In this document: piece after piece, positions 10,482 through 22,044 of the stretch
Layout: each line of letters starts with the position of its first letter
How positions within the stretch are numbered: position 1 is the first letter of the stretch
Source of the DNA: Asterionella formosa
Taxonomy: Eukaryota
Assembly (NCBI GenBank): GCA_002256025.1
Contig: NKIB01015257.1
Coordinates: forward strand, 1 to 36,999
Length of the DNA stretch: 36,999 nucleotides
Reading direction: 5' to 3'
Translations under genes and position numbers: made by a program
Notes under the pieces: model-generated
What the model saw: only the letters and a program-made list of their open reading frames with translations
Told to the model about the DNA's origin: nothing
Database searches by the model: none

Positions 10482-11624
10482 TCATTTCTTGGTCAATGCA
10501 ACCTTTGCCATCTCAAGAGCACCCTCGTAGGTTTGGGCGCCCCCAATGAAACCAGCAGCATGACAAAACTTGGCACCAACTATCCCAGAGAGAGTTGCCA
10601 AGTCGTCGTCTCGAACGCCTCTCCATGCTTCAGGAAGGCTCAGACGATTCTCAAAAGCCTTACCCTCCACAGTCACAGCCTGAACACGCCACATGCCCCC
10701 CTGATCGGTATACAGAACAAATTTGATGAGAGGATTCACACCATACTCTTTTTCTAAATCGTATAAATGATTTCTCCATGGCAATCCACCGCTCTCGAAA
10801 CAAATGATTTCTCCCGAAACGTCCGTATTAAATCGTCCCAATAGTGCTGATTCTACAAAGGCTCTAGCGGGAATGTCGCTCTCCACAATGGCTGTCATGA
10901 CCGACAAAAAGTCCTCACCACAAATGGCTGAAGCCTTTTCAAAGCGGTCATTGTCATTGGGAGTGTTACCGGCTTCGTCGACTTCATTCCAACGTGGATT
11001 CAAACGAGCTACACGTCGACTCAGACCAGTAGAATCCGAATAAAGTGTTTCTTCGGCCATTTCTACACCGGTGTCAATCGCATCTAGAGCCTCCAACAAT
11101 GAGTTGTAAATCTTTGTGAAGGCTAACTCAACATTAGTCTCCGACAAGGATGGATAATAGGTTTGAATAAGTTGTTTTCCATAATGACGGTACACTAGCC
11201 CAGATGCTGAGAGCTTGGTACACCGTCCTCCAGTAGAACCCTCCTTTCCAGCATCAAACCTTTCATCGTAATCACGCTGATGGTGATCATAGCGAAGCTT
11301 GTTGTGATCGTAGACTCCTCCTACGTCGATCACAATATCAAGATCACTGAGCACATCCAAGTCTCTAGTTCTGACCACTTTGCTGTTACGATAGTCAGGA
11401 ATCTGACGTAACATCCAAACTCCCATGGCTTCGTCGGCTTGGAAGGACCCTGAATGAGTACCGATAACCTTGTCGGAAATTGCTTGGTCGAGTTTGGCAC
11501 GTTTTGGAATAGACGATGACATTCTGAGAAAGGATCTGCTTTTGCTAGATTGCCAGACAAAAGATCTGGTTGCTGTTGATAGAACGAAGGCAATGATGGC
11601 GAACAAAGTTAATCTCAAGGGCAT
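10482..11624 (-). CDS. MYG1: MYG1 (UPF0160) DHH-family 3'-5' exonuclease with an N-terminal targeting presequence
   Basis: Motifs IGTHSGSFQADEA, VVRTRD, VIDVGGVYD, YDHHQR, KLSASGLVYRHYG, WRVQAV, LPEAWRG and FCHAAGFIGG. First ATG is at 11624 (MPLRLTLFAIIAFVLSTATRS-FVW); no introns. Confidence 0.93.
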   Translation of the reverse strand: MPLRLTLFAIIAFVLSTATRSFVWQSSKSRSFLRMSSSIPKRAKLDQAISDKVIGTHSGSFQADEAMGVWMLRQIPDYRNSKVVRTRDLDVLSDLDIVIDVGGVYDHNKLRYDHHQRDYDERFDAGKEGSTGGRCTKLSASGLVYRHYGKQLIQTYYPSLSETNVELAFTKIYNSLLEALDAIDTGVEMAEETLYSDSTGLSRRVARLNPRWNEVDEAGNTPNDNDRFEKASAICGEDFLSVMTAIVESDIPARAFVESALLGRFNTDVSGEIICFESGGLPWRNHLYDLEKEYGVNPLIKFVLYTDQGGMWRVQAVTVEGKAFENRLSLPEAWRGVRDDDLATLSGIVGAKFCHAAGFIGGAQTYEGALEMAKVALTKK

Positions 11625-11979
11625 TGCAATCAACAACAATGTTGCTGCTGTGGTAATGTGTAAACCGTACCACGTGTAGTTGCAAGGCGGACAAAGGCGA
11701 GAGTGATGGGTGATGGGTGGTTTGTTGAAAAGCGCTACCTGGTGGTACCGGTATTGTTTTTATTTATGTAGTGACATTTTTCTACGTATCATAGCACCCC
11801 AGCAATTTGTATCTCGTCACCATCAAGTATCGTCCTCAAACAAGGCACATCGCTCATAATTCCGCCAATGCGATCCTGACGGTAATATGATACCTCCGTG
11901 CAAGGTGTCCATCCCACTGCCTCATCACAGCCGATCTCGATTCCTCTGGCTCCTGCTCATCACTTTTTGCTACCACATA

Positions 11980-12346
11980 TACCGGTAGAGGTACAGATAG
12001 AGAGAGAACCGGTAGACGGTAACAGGTACCTGGTACCAGGTACCCGGCACCTGATTCATGTCACGGCTACCTGGTACCGGAATTTGATTATCCACATATC
12101 TGGTACTCCGTACTGGTACCTGGTACCTGGTACCTGGTACCAGGAAACAAGTTACTCCACACTCGTATATAGGATGTAGACGATGTGATAGTCGTTTTTC
12201 TACGTCTTACACATACTGCACACTGCACAGTTACTTAGAATACTACACCTGGTAGTAACCGGTACTAAAGTGTACATACACCTTATACTACATATTATAC
12301 AGTTTACGGTACCAGGTACCAGGTACCAATACCTGGTACCAGGTAT
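11980..12346. repeat. Dense cluster of palindromic GGTACC(A/T) tandem repeats in the MYG1-TYW2 divergent upstream region
   Basis: Examples: CAGGTACCTGGTACCAGGTACC (about 12023), CTGGTACCTGGTACCTGGTACCTGGTACCAGG (about 12113) and GGTACCAGGTACCAGGTACC...CCTGGTACCAGGTA (12308-12345). Confidence 0.9.
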
Positions 12347-12512
12347 CTCAAATATTGGATGTTCTTTCCTTACAAATTACGGTACTGGTACATACGCACC
12401 GGTTGACGATCACAAACCTCCTCGACCCCCTTTTGAGCACCCCAACATCGTCTCAGCGGCGGTCACAAACGATCATCTGAACATTACGATACACATATAA
12501 TGCAACCGAGAC

Positions 12513-13961
12513 ATGAACATGGATGTGGGGGCAGCCGAGGGAGAAGTGACACAGGTGGTCTATGTGCTACAACGGCACGCCAAGTCGGTTAAAACAGCAA
12601 TGGAACAAGATGGCTTGCTGGACACGAGATTTAGGATGACACGAGGCAAATGCGGTGGGGAGGAGTGCATCGCCATTCCAATCAAAGCGCGGCCAGTCAA
12701 CGCGAGCGCTATGATTATTCATCACGGAAGGCAGGTCTGTCCGTATAGTACATCGAAGCTTGGAAATAACAAGCTGCAACTCAAAAACAATCAGACACTG
12801 GTGCAACAAGGATTGCTCAACTATCTTATTACCCTCCACAGTCAACGTGCTTCTTCTTGTGCAGATGAGTGGCAAGAAACATGTTACAATAAGATACTCG
12901 AACTAGACATTCGCATCTGCCCTCGCAAATTGGAGTTCATTGGTGATGACCGAACACTTGTGATCCCTCGTCACGCCTTTGATGTCAACCACAAGGACTT
13001 TGCAGATCTACTACAGCACACACAGGACCTGCACCTCCTCTGGGAGTCGCTCGCAAAAGTTCACAACGCTCCACGAGTTGTGCGGCGAGGCGAAATCGAT
13101 CCGAATTCCTCTGTTCGCGCGAGTGGTCACGTCATCTTGTGGCCTGCCTGTGATTTGCCATTCGACGCTACAATGGACCCATCAGATTCCACTGGCTGGA
13201 TTACCATCACAGAACAAGGGATCTCTCAGTCCTTAGACATTACTAAAGTCATGTTCAGCCGAGGCAACATTTCAGAAAAAATTCGATTCGGAAAGCTGGT
13301 GCAGCCAGATGAAGTCGTCTTGGACATGTATGCAGGTATTGGTTACTATTCCCTGCCAGCTCTCGTCAAGGGACTGGCCAAACACGTATATGCTTGCGAA
13401 TGGAATACGAACGCCGCCTTTGCTTTGCAATATAATCTCAATGCCAATCGTGTAGGAGACAGAGCTACAGTATTCATTGGAGACTCGCGAAAATGCTGCA
13501 AGGACCACAATATTGTCAACATGGTGGACAGAGTCAGTTTGGGTCTTTTACCTAGCAGTGAAGGCGGCTGGCGAACGGCAATACGGGCACTGCGACATAC
13601 CACGGGAGGGTGGCTTCATGTGCACGGCAATGTACCCGTCAAAGAACGGTTGCAGTGGACGTGGTGGATATGTCAATCATTATCAGGGATGGTGGAAGGT
13701 ACCCACAAGAACTGGATCGTTTACTGCCTATACGTGGAAAAGGTCAAGTCCTTTGCACCAAATGTGAATCACTATGTAGCTGACGTTTTTTGTGGACCTC
13801 GCCTTGGAATAAACGTTGACTTGAGAGAAAATAATATAGGAGTCTGCGGCTCAGACGGGGGTTTGGAAGAAAGACCAGATATCATTGAGCCGCCATCCTG
13901 TGCTCTTGACCATGCTGGTGTCCTAAATCAGGTATGGATGATGGAGGAGCCCTATTTATAG
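12513..13961 (+). CDS. TYW2: tRNA wybutosine-synthesizing protein 2 (Trm12/TYW2, Met-10-like SAM-dependent aminocarboxypropyltransferase)
   Basis: 482-aa ORF with MFSRGNISEKIRF, VVLDMYAGIGYYSLP, ACEWN, DRVSLGLLPSSEGGW, GGWLHVHGNV and VEKVKSFAPxVxHYVAD. Confidence 0.88.
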   Translation: MNMDVGAAEGEVTQVVYVLQRHAKSVKTAMEQDGLLDTRFRMTRGKCGGEECIAIPIKARPVNASAMIIHHGRQVCPYSTSKLGNNKLQLKNNQTLVQQGLLNYLITLHSQRASSCADEWQETCYNKILELDIRICPRKLEFIGDDRTLVIPRHAFDVNHKDFADLLQHTQDLHLLWESLAKVHNAPRVVRRGEIDPNSSVRASGHVILWPACDLPFDATMDPSDSTGWITITEQGISQSLDITKVMFSRGNISEKIRFGKLVQPDEVVLDMYAGIGYYSLPALVKGLAKHVYACEWNTNAAFALQYNLNANRVGDRATVFIGDSRKCCKDHNIVNMVDRVSLGLLPSSEGGWRTAIRALRHTTGGWLHVHGNVPVKERLQWTWWICQSLSGMVEGTHKNWIVYCLYVEKVKSFAPNVNHYVADVFCGPRLGINVDLRENNIGVCGSDGGLEERPDIIEPPSCALDHAGVLNQVWMMEEPYL

Positions 13962-14491
13962 TAATGAATATCACGTATTACAGTGAGAGCAAGTAAAGGG
14001 TTGATTTCGTCGTTCGGCAAATATCTCAATAATCTGGAATAAGCGATAGTACCGGTGCGTGTACCGGTATACCGGTATTTTTGCTTCCGTTCAGATACGT
14101 AGTACCTGGTACCCCTAGTACAAGGTACAGTATTTGTTTCCCAAGACGAGCGAATCGAAACAAAAACATCGTCGTTGTGCTTTTGCCGTGGTATCAATTT
14201 AATTAACAACTGGTCATGAGTCTTTTGAAACTTCAAGTCACCCTAATTCCCAGTTTCACTCCTGAAATAGGTTCTCCCTACCATCGTACATATTTGTAGG
14301 TGAGTTTTATAGGGTTGTGATTTTTACGGGTGTTGAGAATCATTGCGGGTGAGTTTGAGGTTGCGTGACGTGCTTTCAGTTCTCCCTCTGGATCTGCATC
14401 AAGCAACTCAAGGCTCGGCTCCCAGTGTCTTTCAAATTAGATTTGCGGCGCATAGCATCGCTGTGTTAGTAATCAACATTGTGGATCGATC

Positions 14492-17177
14492 ATGGCGGGC
14501 CGATCAAGCATGTCATCAAGCCTGATGGCAGTGGTGGCCATTGTCTCCTTATCAGCTGTGAGTCTTGTCGACAATTACTCTCTCTCTCTGTCGCTGTGAA
14601 CGCAAAAAGCCGAGAACCTTTCTCGCTTCACGCTGTGGTTCCACGTGGTTTTGTCGCGATAGTCCTCGCATGTTCGCTCCCCCGACGACGTGTGATTGAT
14701 GTCACTTGGTGTGCAGGGCTGATCTGATAGACTTACACTCACGATGACTTTTGTTTCCGCTACAGGTGCAATCCTTCACATTCATACCCCACTTGCAAAC
14801 GCAAAGTACAGTCGTTCGGAGTTACACGAGTGCCACCTTTATGAGCGCTGTCGCCGACGAGACCGCGGAGGATCGAGCCCGGGCAGCCATGGCGTCGGAA
14901 GAGGCAGACGCAAAGAAATTCATGGTGAAGGAGATGAAGTCCATGGATCTGGGGGGTCGACCCTTCCCCCTCTCGATGGTTGTGGGTCAAGACAACATCA
15001 AGCAAGCGTTGTTGCTCGCCGCTGTCAACCACCGCATGGGTGGCGTAGTTATTTCTGGAGGAAAGGGAACTGCCAAGTCTATCATGGCCCGGGGTCTTCA
15101 CCAGCTGCTCCCTCCAATTGAGGTCCTTAAGGGATCTCCTTTCAACATTGACCCCGAAGGAGAGTTCGGATTGGATGACTTCACCAGGACAGACATTGAC
15201 AACGGTGGAACCCCGTTGCGCGAAAGAGAAACAGAAGTTATTCCTTGCCCTTTCGTCCAGGTTCCATTGAATGTGATGGAGGATCGTTTGATTGGAAGTG
15301 CTGACCTCGAGGAGAGTGTCAAGACGGGAAAAACAGTGTTTTCGCCGGGCCTATTGGCCAGGGCTCATCGCGGTGTACTGTATGTTGATGATATCAATCT
15401 TCTCGATGAAGAAACTGCCAATATTTTGCTGAACGTCGTCACTGAAGGAGTTGTGACTGTGGAGCGCGAAGGAATTTCCTTAAAATACCCTTGCAGGCCC
15501 CTTCTCATTGCTACATTCAACCCTGAAGAGGCGGAATTGCGGGATCACCTTTTAGATAGAATTGCAATTGCTTTATCTGCGGACGCTATCAAATTGGATC
15601 TCAACCAGCGTGTCGAAGCCGTTGAGAGTGTTTTGGGGTTTTCTGCTTCTGGAAAACAGGGTTCAGTTTTGGCTGAGGAGAATTTGGCCGACGCAATCGC
15701 AAACGAAGATGATCTCAAGACTGCAATTGTCTTTGCCCGTGAATACATTAAGGACTTGAAGATCGCTCCTTCTCAGATTCAGTACTTGTGTGAAGAAGCC
15801 ATTCGTGCTGGATGCCAGGGACACCGTGCAGAGATTTTTGCTGTCGAAGTCGCAAAAGCTGCAGCTGCTATTGAGGGACGACAGATCACTAGCGAGGATT
15901 TGCGCCTAGCAGTGAGACTCGCCATTGCCCCCCGTGGAACCTTCATCAATACTCCTATGGACCCAGATGAGATGCAGATGCCACCTCCACCACCACCACC
16001 TCCTCCTCCGCAGAATAATATGGACGAACAAGACCAAGATACGGAAGACAAAGAAGAGGAGGACGAGGAAGACGAACCCGACGACGATGAGGACGACGAG
16101 AAAGAGGAGGAAGCCCCTGATGTGCCTCAAGTACCACAAGAGTTCATGTTTGACGTCGATGCCACTCCCATGGATCCTGATCTCATTGCGTTCGCGGCCC
16201 GACAACGAAAAGGAAAGGGCGGTGGACGTGGTCTTATCTTCTCGCAAGATCGTGGTCGATACATCAAGCCAATGTTACCAAAGGGAAAAGTTGTTCGACT
16301 TGCAGGTGCGTAGGAAGTGATAAAATGTGAATGATCAGTTGGGGTTTCATCTCCTATGGCTTGTTTGGTTTCACTGACACCTTTGCATTTTCTATTGACT
16401 CGTTCAGTTGATGCCACTTTGCGAGCTGCTGCTCCCTACCAAAAGTCCCGTCGTGAACGCGCGGTCGGCACTAAGTATGAAAGCCGTGGAGTCCACATCG
16501 AGAGCTCGGATGTACGTATTAAAAAGATGGCTCGCAAAGCCGGTTCCCTAATAATTTTTGTATGTGATGCTTCTGGGTCAATGGCTTTGAATCGCATGAA
16601 TGCTGCAAAGGGTGCGGCAATTAGTTTGTTGGCTGAAGCTTACCAGAGCCGTGACAAGATTTGCTTGATTCCATTCCAGGGAGAGTTTGCTGATGTCTTA
16701 CTCCCTCCTACTAAGTCAATTTCGATGGCTAGTAAACGATTGGAACAGATGCCGTGTGGTGGAGGATCTCCTCTAGCTCACGCCATTCAACTGGCTTCCC
16801 TTACTGGGCTCAATGCTCAGAAGAGTGGAGATATCGGAAAGGTTGTAGTTGTGTTGATTTCTGATGGTCGTGCCAACGTGCCATTGTGTGTTTCCAATGG
16901 CGAGTTGTTTGATCCTGAATCTGACCCAGATGCCAAGGACGGAAAGCCAAGCCGGCAGTTCCTGAAAGATGAAGTAATCGCCTGTGCTAAGCGGCTGGGC
17001 GCACTTCCTGGGTTTAACTTGTTATGTATCGATACCGAGAACAAGTTCATCTCCACTGGTCTTGCAAAGGATATCTCCGACGCAGCACAAGGTCGATACC
17101 ACCAGCTTGCCAAGGCTGACGGCAAGGCGATTGCCAAAGTAACTTCGAATGCCTTGAACGATATCAAAGCGCGCTAA
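14492..17177 (+). CDS. chlD: Magnesium chelatase subunit D, plastid-targeted (~791 aa)
   Basis: Exons 14492-14557, 14766-16305 and 16408-17177 total 2376 nt. Exon 1 is absent from the ORF track and encodes the signal peptide MAGRSSMSSSLMAVVAIVSLSA, which splices to VQS-FTF (ASAF-like site). The protein has an AAA+ domain (GGKGTAKS, LYVDDINLL), a poly-Pro/acidic linker, RLAVDATLRAAAP restored across intron 2, and a vWA domain with DASGSM. Confidence 0.96.
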
Positions 17178-17317
17178 TTTTCATGGTATGGAGCATGATA
17201 TAGAAACACTCGTTACCCCAATATACATCCCATCTATTAAACGTAGTTTATGTGGTAGCAATCGATATGAAGTTGGTACAGGAGAAACCGTTCTCTATTA
17301 AATCGTAGTCTTTAGGT

Positions 17318-17474
17318 AATGTTGTCAAGAATTGTCTAGCAATGTGTAGACTATATCAGACCTGTTACATTAATGTTTTCAAGAATTGTCTAGCAATGTG
17401 TAGACCATATTAGACCTGTTACATTGATGTTTTCAAGAATTGTCTAGCAATGTGTAGACCATATTAGACCTGTT
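17318..17474. repeat. 54-bp minisatellite, about 2.9 copies
   Basis: Unit AATGTTTTCAAGAATTGTCTAGCAATGTGTAGACCATATTAGACCTGTTACATT starting at 17318, 17372 and 17426. Confidence 0.95.
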
Positions 17475-18043
17475 TCTTTTATTGTCTTCGAATAAAGTTC
17501 CTGAATCAGTCAGTTCGCTTATAGTACTAACTATTGCTTGCTTCGGAAAGTCAAGTATCCTCATGTAAATAAAATATTTTGGTAAACCTACCTATTAGAT
17601 AATGGTCTAAAGTCTAAAAATGATGCAGGTCGGTGTGTATAACATATATTTTAGACAACCAGTAAAATGGCACGCTACCGGGATGTGTACACATATCAGC
17701 GAACAATACGATTGATGAACAAAGGTTGGACACTCCTCTACGGTGATCTTCCTTTCCGACAGGAGATATGACTTCGGGCTGCCTGACTTGGATTTTGCTG
17801 CATGGGGTCCGTGCAATTCCTTTCGCTTACCGCATAACTTGTAAAATAGCCAAAAGCAAATAAAAACGAGAGACAGGAGACCCAAGGAGAAAGGGAAGCT
17901 TCCCCTATCCCAGGATTTCAGGTTTGAAAGGGTCGCAGGGCATGTATACTAAACTTGCTATGCATCAACAGCACTGGTTCCTGTTGGCGACTGTTACCTT
18001 TGCAAATTTGTCCTGTTGATGAAAACTAAATCAAAACGAGAAC

Positions 18044-19886
18044 TCAATCATCAATAACAATTATATCATGACGAATTGCTACTGCTCTCGTTTCCTTGCC
18101 GTCGTCGCTTTCAGACTGGGTTATTTTGATTGCGGCAACGGTTGAAAATCTGACTTGATCAATGGAATCGTCATCATCATCCACAATGTCATCTTCGGCC
18201 AGGATTTCTGCTTGCTCAACCATGATTTTTGAATCAAAATCTTCTGTAGTAGACAACCTTCCCGATTGGTTGGGGATGACGAATGAATACAAAGTGCCAA
18301 GAGCCGAATTGATCTCTGAAACAACAACAAATTGCAAGTAAGTTAGTGTAACAGAGCTCAAGCCTTCAACTACGCGATAAGTAGTATACCTACCATTTGG
18401 AAGAATTATTTTCATAAGTGGCAAATGATCCGTGATGAAAGTCCGGGAACCACCAATATTAGTATCCAATGATAGCTTTCCCGATCCCACCGTCAAACGC
18501 TTGCAGAGCTGCAGCATAGTCAATCGATTAGCACGAGCCTTCCTGTAGGCTTCAAACACTTTCGGAGCCGATAGGGCGCGGAATGTGGATGAAGCCGGGT
18601 GCTTATTGGCATCTGCTATCGCCCGACCCGCCAATGATGCTACATATCCATTTGGAAAGATGGCGTTGGCTTGTCTAGTTGGCGAATCAATATTCAGATC
18701 CAGCAGATTTGCTGCATCTGAAAAGCGGTCGAAGGCATCACTGAGCTCGACAATGTCATTGAAAAACTCTGGACAATGATAGCCCAGAAAAGTCAGAGCG
18801 CCTCCCAGTCCCATTTCACTATCTTCCATAACTTTCTCCGGGTTGAATTCCAAAGGTGGTCGTTCTCCATTCTCGACAGAAACCTTCTGGCGTTTGGCGT
18901 AAAGAATCTTTCCAAGTGCATGAAACGTTGACAACTTTATGTCTCGGTTTTCTTGGGCGTTCCTGACATTATTCTTTCCTCGAAGCTGAAGCGTCATGAT
19001 TGCATGCCGAATGTCTCCATTGCATTCCAGATTGAATTCCTCCCAGTCGGGTGGCTGGATTTTTTCAAGCTTGCAAATGGTAAAACAAGCTTTCTTCATT
19101 TTGGCTTTCGTAACTGAGTGAAGTCGAACGATTTCCACGTAGTTTGAATATAGATACTTTGGATCAATCAGTCGCTCTAGGTCTGCTGGTTTGTGCTGAC
19201 CTTCATAGACGTCACTAAATATCATAACTGTTGGAACGTTTGTGACCTCTAAGTGTTGATTCAACAACTCGCTTTGGCGTCATAGGGACCGAATAAGGTG
19301 AGCTGAAATGGCAATACACACTCTGGGATTCAGGAGACACGACCTTAATGAAAACTCACCGGAAATTCGCCTCGGCATCAGAACCATGTAGATTTGGAAG
19401 TTCATCAAGGAGAATTATCGACTTGTTATCAGATATCCGGTTGCCAGATCGCATCAGAGACCTGAAACCAGCACCAGTACGCTGGAGGAACTCTTCGAAG
19501 GACCGCAAAGGACTTATCTGCTCAACTGATATACGCTCAACTGATATACGCTCATAGTTATCGCCTCTGCTTGAGTATGAATCGCTCCATTCATGAAGAG
19601 CCAAATCAAACTCCTTGGCCAATAACTTAACCATGGTTGATTTTCCGATGCCTGGGTTCCCGACCAAAATTAGCATCTTTTCGGATGGCGAGCGTTTTTC
19701 TATCCATGACCGCACTTCTATTACCTTTTTTGGTGCAACGCACAGTTCATCTGTATTCTGTGGAGCATACTTGTCAACCCAGAGAGTCGTATCTCGAGAT
19801 TCTCCTTTGCTTTCGCCTCCCCATTTCAAACGAGCTGGTGGTAGAAATCTCACTTTTCTTCTTTTCTTCGTTCCTTCGCTCTCCAT
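18044..19886 (-). CDS. RAD17: Checkpoint clamp loader RAD17/Rad24 (~558 aa)
   Basis: Motifs LWVDKYAP..ELCVAPKKV, Walker A GNPGIGKS, IILLDELP, NGDIRHAI and FHALGKILYAKR. Proposed exons 19886-19360, 19271-18394 and 18315-18044 total 1677 nt. Intron 1 needs an AAG acceptor; intron 2 is 78 bp and has a CTAAC branch point. Confidence 0.9.
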
Positions 19887-20612
19887 TTCGAATTTCGAGA
19901 GATCGAATAGGAGCCAAAGCTAGTTGACGATTCGATTGGAAACCTTTCTGAGCGAACGAACTCCCCGTGGAAGCTCGACGACGGAAGCAATCACCAAATA
20001 CGGTTTGAAAGTCAAAAATCAACAAAACCAGAATAAACCGATATACATTATCGTATACCGGTTGCCTCGTCGTACCTTAGGTCGTACCACTGATAAAAGG
20101 CAGTGCGCTGCTCGAATGCCCGACTTTTGGTGCACGAACAGTTGTCGTCAACACCTCCTGGTGCCTGGTACATAGATATATATCCGATACTCCAGACAAA
20201 TACCCGGTACTCCGAAGTCCGGAGTATACCGGTACTTAGCTGTATAATAAAATTGACATTACTAGGTATATAAAATTTATTGGGGTGGCATATCATATTT
20301 CTTATATGTAGTCATTTTGTCTTTTTAGCAGACTACCGGCAGACCCAACCGGTATGCCGGTGTTGTATTTAATTAATAAAATGATTTATTTTTCACAAAC
20401 AGCATCACAACAGAACTTCTATTTCTCAATGGTTCACACAACAGTTTTACTAAAACTAGTTTTCATGAACCGTTTTTCTCAGCTCGTTGTTGAGTTTTCA
20501 ATGAACACATCACAACCCAATATCAAACCTCACTTCGTTAGAGGCACAATTACCGGTTGTGTACTATACTGCATATCTTCATTTCAAGAAAGGAGCATTT
20601 ATTGATTGAGCA

Positions 20613-21959
20613 ATGTCAACATACGAACAAGACAATCTGTTCTGGCGAGTCGGTGATTCCCTTCCAGATGACCTTGAAACTGATCCTTTCACAAGTGTGA
20701 TGATTCCGAAGCCTACGGCATGGTTTTCGTCGAACGAAAAGGACGTCGCTTTGGTTGAAGGCTACAGTGTAGCAAATCATGCGCCTCCAACATTAATGAT
20801 GGCAGCGGAGGCCCTTTCCCCTGCCATGTTGATAGACCTACGGAAAAGTGGCTTCGCGACGCTCTCTGTTGCCACACTGCGGGAAAAGCACTGCTTGTTC
20901 AAGGCTTCAAATCCGGATGGACAATCTAGACCGATAAATTTTACCTTTGATGCTCTAGGCATTACGCCAGATTCTACAAAAGTTGACCGCCCTCCAGCTG
21001 TGAAGTCTTCACCGATTAAAATGTATTGCAAACTTTTAGAAATAATTGCTTTGGGAAATGGACAGCAAATGGTTCTTCTTGAAGTAGAATCATGTTCGAT
21101 CTCTAAATGCGTTCTTTCGAAACCAGACGAAGGATCCACACGAAAAACACTAGCCAAGATTGACGCCATCCTCATCCAAGCAGTGGCAAGTTTTGGATGT
21201 GGTCAGTTTGCCACCATGGACAATTTACGACATATGCCGCGACCCGAACAATGTGAAGGAACTTGGAAGTCAGATCCTTTTGCTCTGCTTCAGCCAACCT
21301 TTGGCTCCGCCAACTATCCAGATCTGGAGTACGTATTTCACAATGATCACTCAAATCTTGGCTACAACCCCATCAAAGCGATTGTTATTCCACGACCGAT
21401 TGGTTGGATCTCCACATATGCGGACGAGTCCAAAGCGATTACGCATGTTGCTCCATATTCATTTTTTACCGATGTTGGCCGAGGGAGTCGGCCTATGGTT
21501 GCATTCTCGTCCTATAGATCTGCCTCAGCGGATCACGGTGGTCGAAAGGATGCTCAACTGGATACAGAAACATCGGGTTCATTTTGTGTAAACATCGTGT
21601 CGGAAGAGTTAGCTGTTCCCATGAATTTCACTTCTGGGGAGCTGAAGCGACATGAAAGCGAATTTGAGGTAGCAGGATTGAACCACTCTCATGCATGCAT
21701 GGTGAATGCACCATTTGTGGATCAGGCGCATATTGTCATGGAAGGTAGGTACATAAAAACTGTGGATGTGGGGTCGTATTCCATTGTGATAGGAGAAATT
21801 GTTGGAATTCGACTTAATAAACGCATCCTTAGTGATGGCAAAGTGGATGCGACAAAGGTGATGCCAGTTACTAGGCTGGGTTTTGACGAGTACGCTGTAA
21901 TTAGCAGATACGTCGAACATGTACCAAGTTTACCTAACCATCAGAATCAATGCCCCTAA
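20613..21959 (+). CDS. Flavin reductase-like (DIM6/NTAB, FMN-binding split barrel) protein with two tandem domains
   Basis: C-terminal domain: NPIKAIVIPRPIGWIST..HVAPYSFF..RKDAQ..ETSGSFCVNIVS..SEFEVAGL..PVTRLG. The N-terminal copy is degenerate: DPFTSVMIPKPTAWFSS..PPAVKSSPIKMYCKL. Confidence 0.85.
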   Translation: MSTYEQDNLFWRVGDSLPDDLETDPFTSVMIPKPTAWFSSNEKDVALVEGYSVANHAPPTLMMAAEALSPAMLIDLRKSGFATLSVATLREKHCLFKASNPDGQSRPINFTFDALGITPDSTKVDRPPAVKSSPIKMYCKLLEIIALGNGQQMVLLEVESCSISKCVLSKPDEGSTRKTLAKIDAILIQAVASFGCGQFATMDNLRHMPRPEQCEGTWKSDPFALLQPTFGSANYPDLEYVFHNDHSNLGYNPIKAIVIPRPIGWISTYADESKAITHVAPYSFFTDVGRGSRPMVAFSSYRSASADHGGRKDAQLDTETSGSFCVNIVSEELAVPMNFTSGELKRHESEFEVAGLNHSHACMVNAPFVDQAHIVMEGRYIKTVDVGSYSIVIGEIVGIRLNKRILSDGKVDATKVMPVTRLGFDEYAVISRYVEHVPSLPNHQNQCP

Positions 21960-22044
21960 GCAACGATGGACAGAGCAACCAACCGCTCCCTGCGTAGACG
22001 GAAAAATAAGTATAGATGAATTTGCAATTTCTAATTATATTCTC

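Noticed and set aside
11898..12500. Short ORFs with YLVPGT/VPGTRY repeats (also 26342-26663)
   Set aside because: They are translation artefacts of the GGTACC(A/T) DNA repeats.
15975..16115. Poly-Pro and acidic low-complexity tract, with overlapping antisense ORFs
   Set aside because: This is the normal ChlD linker between the AAA+ and vWA domains; the overlapping ORFs are shadows.
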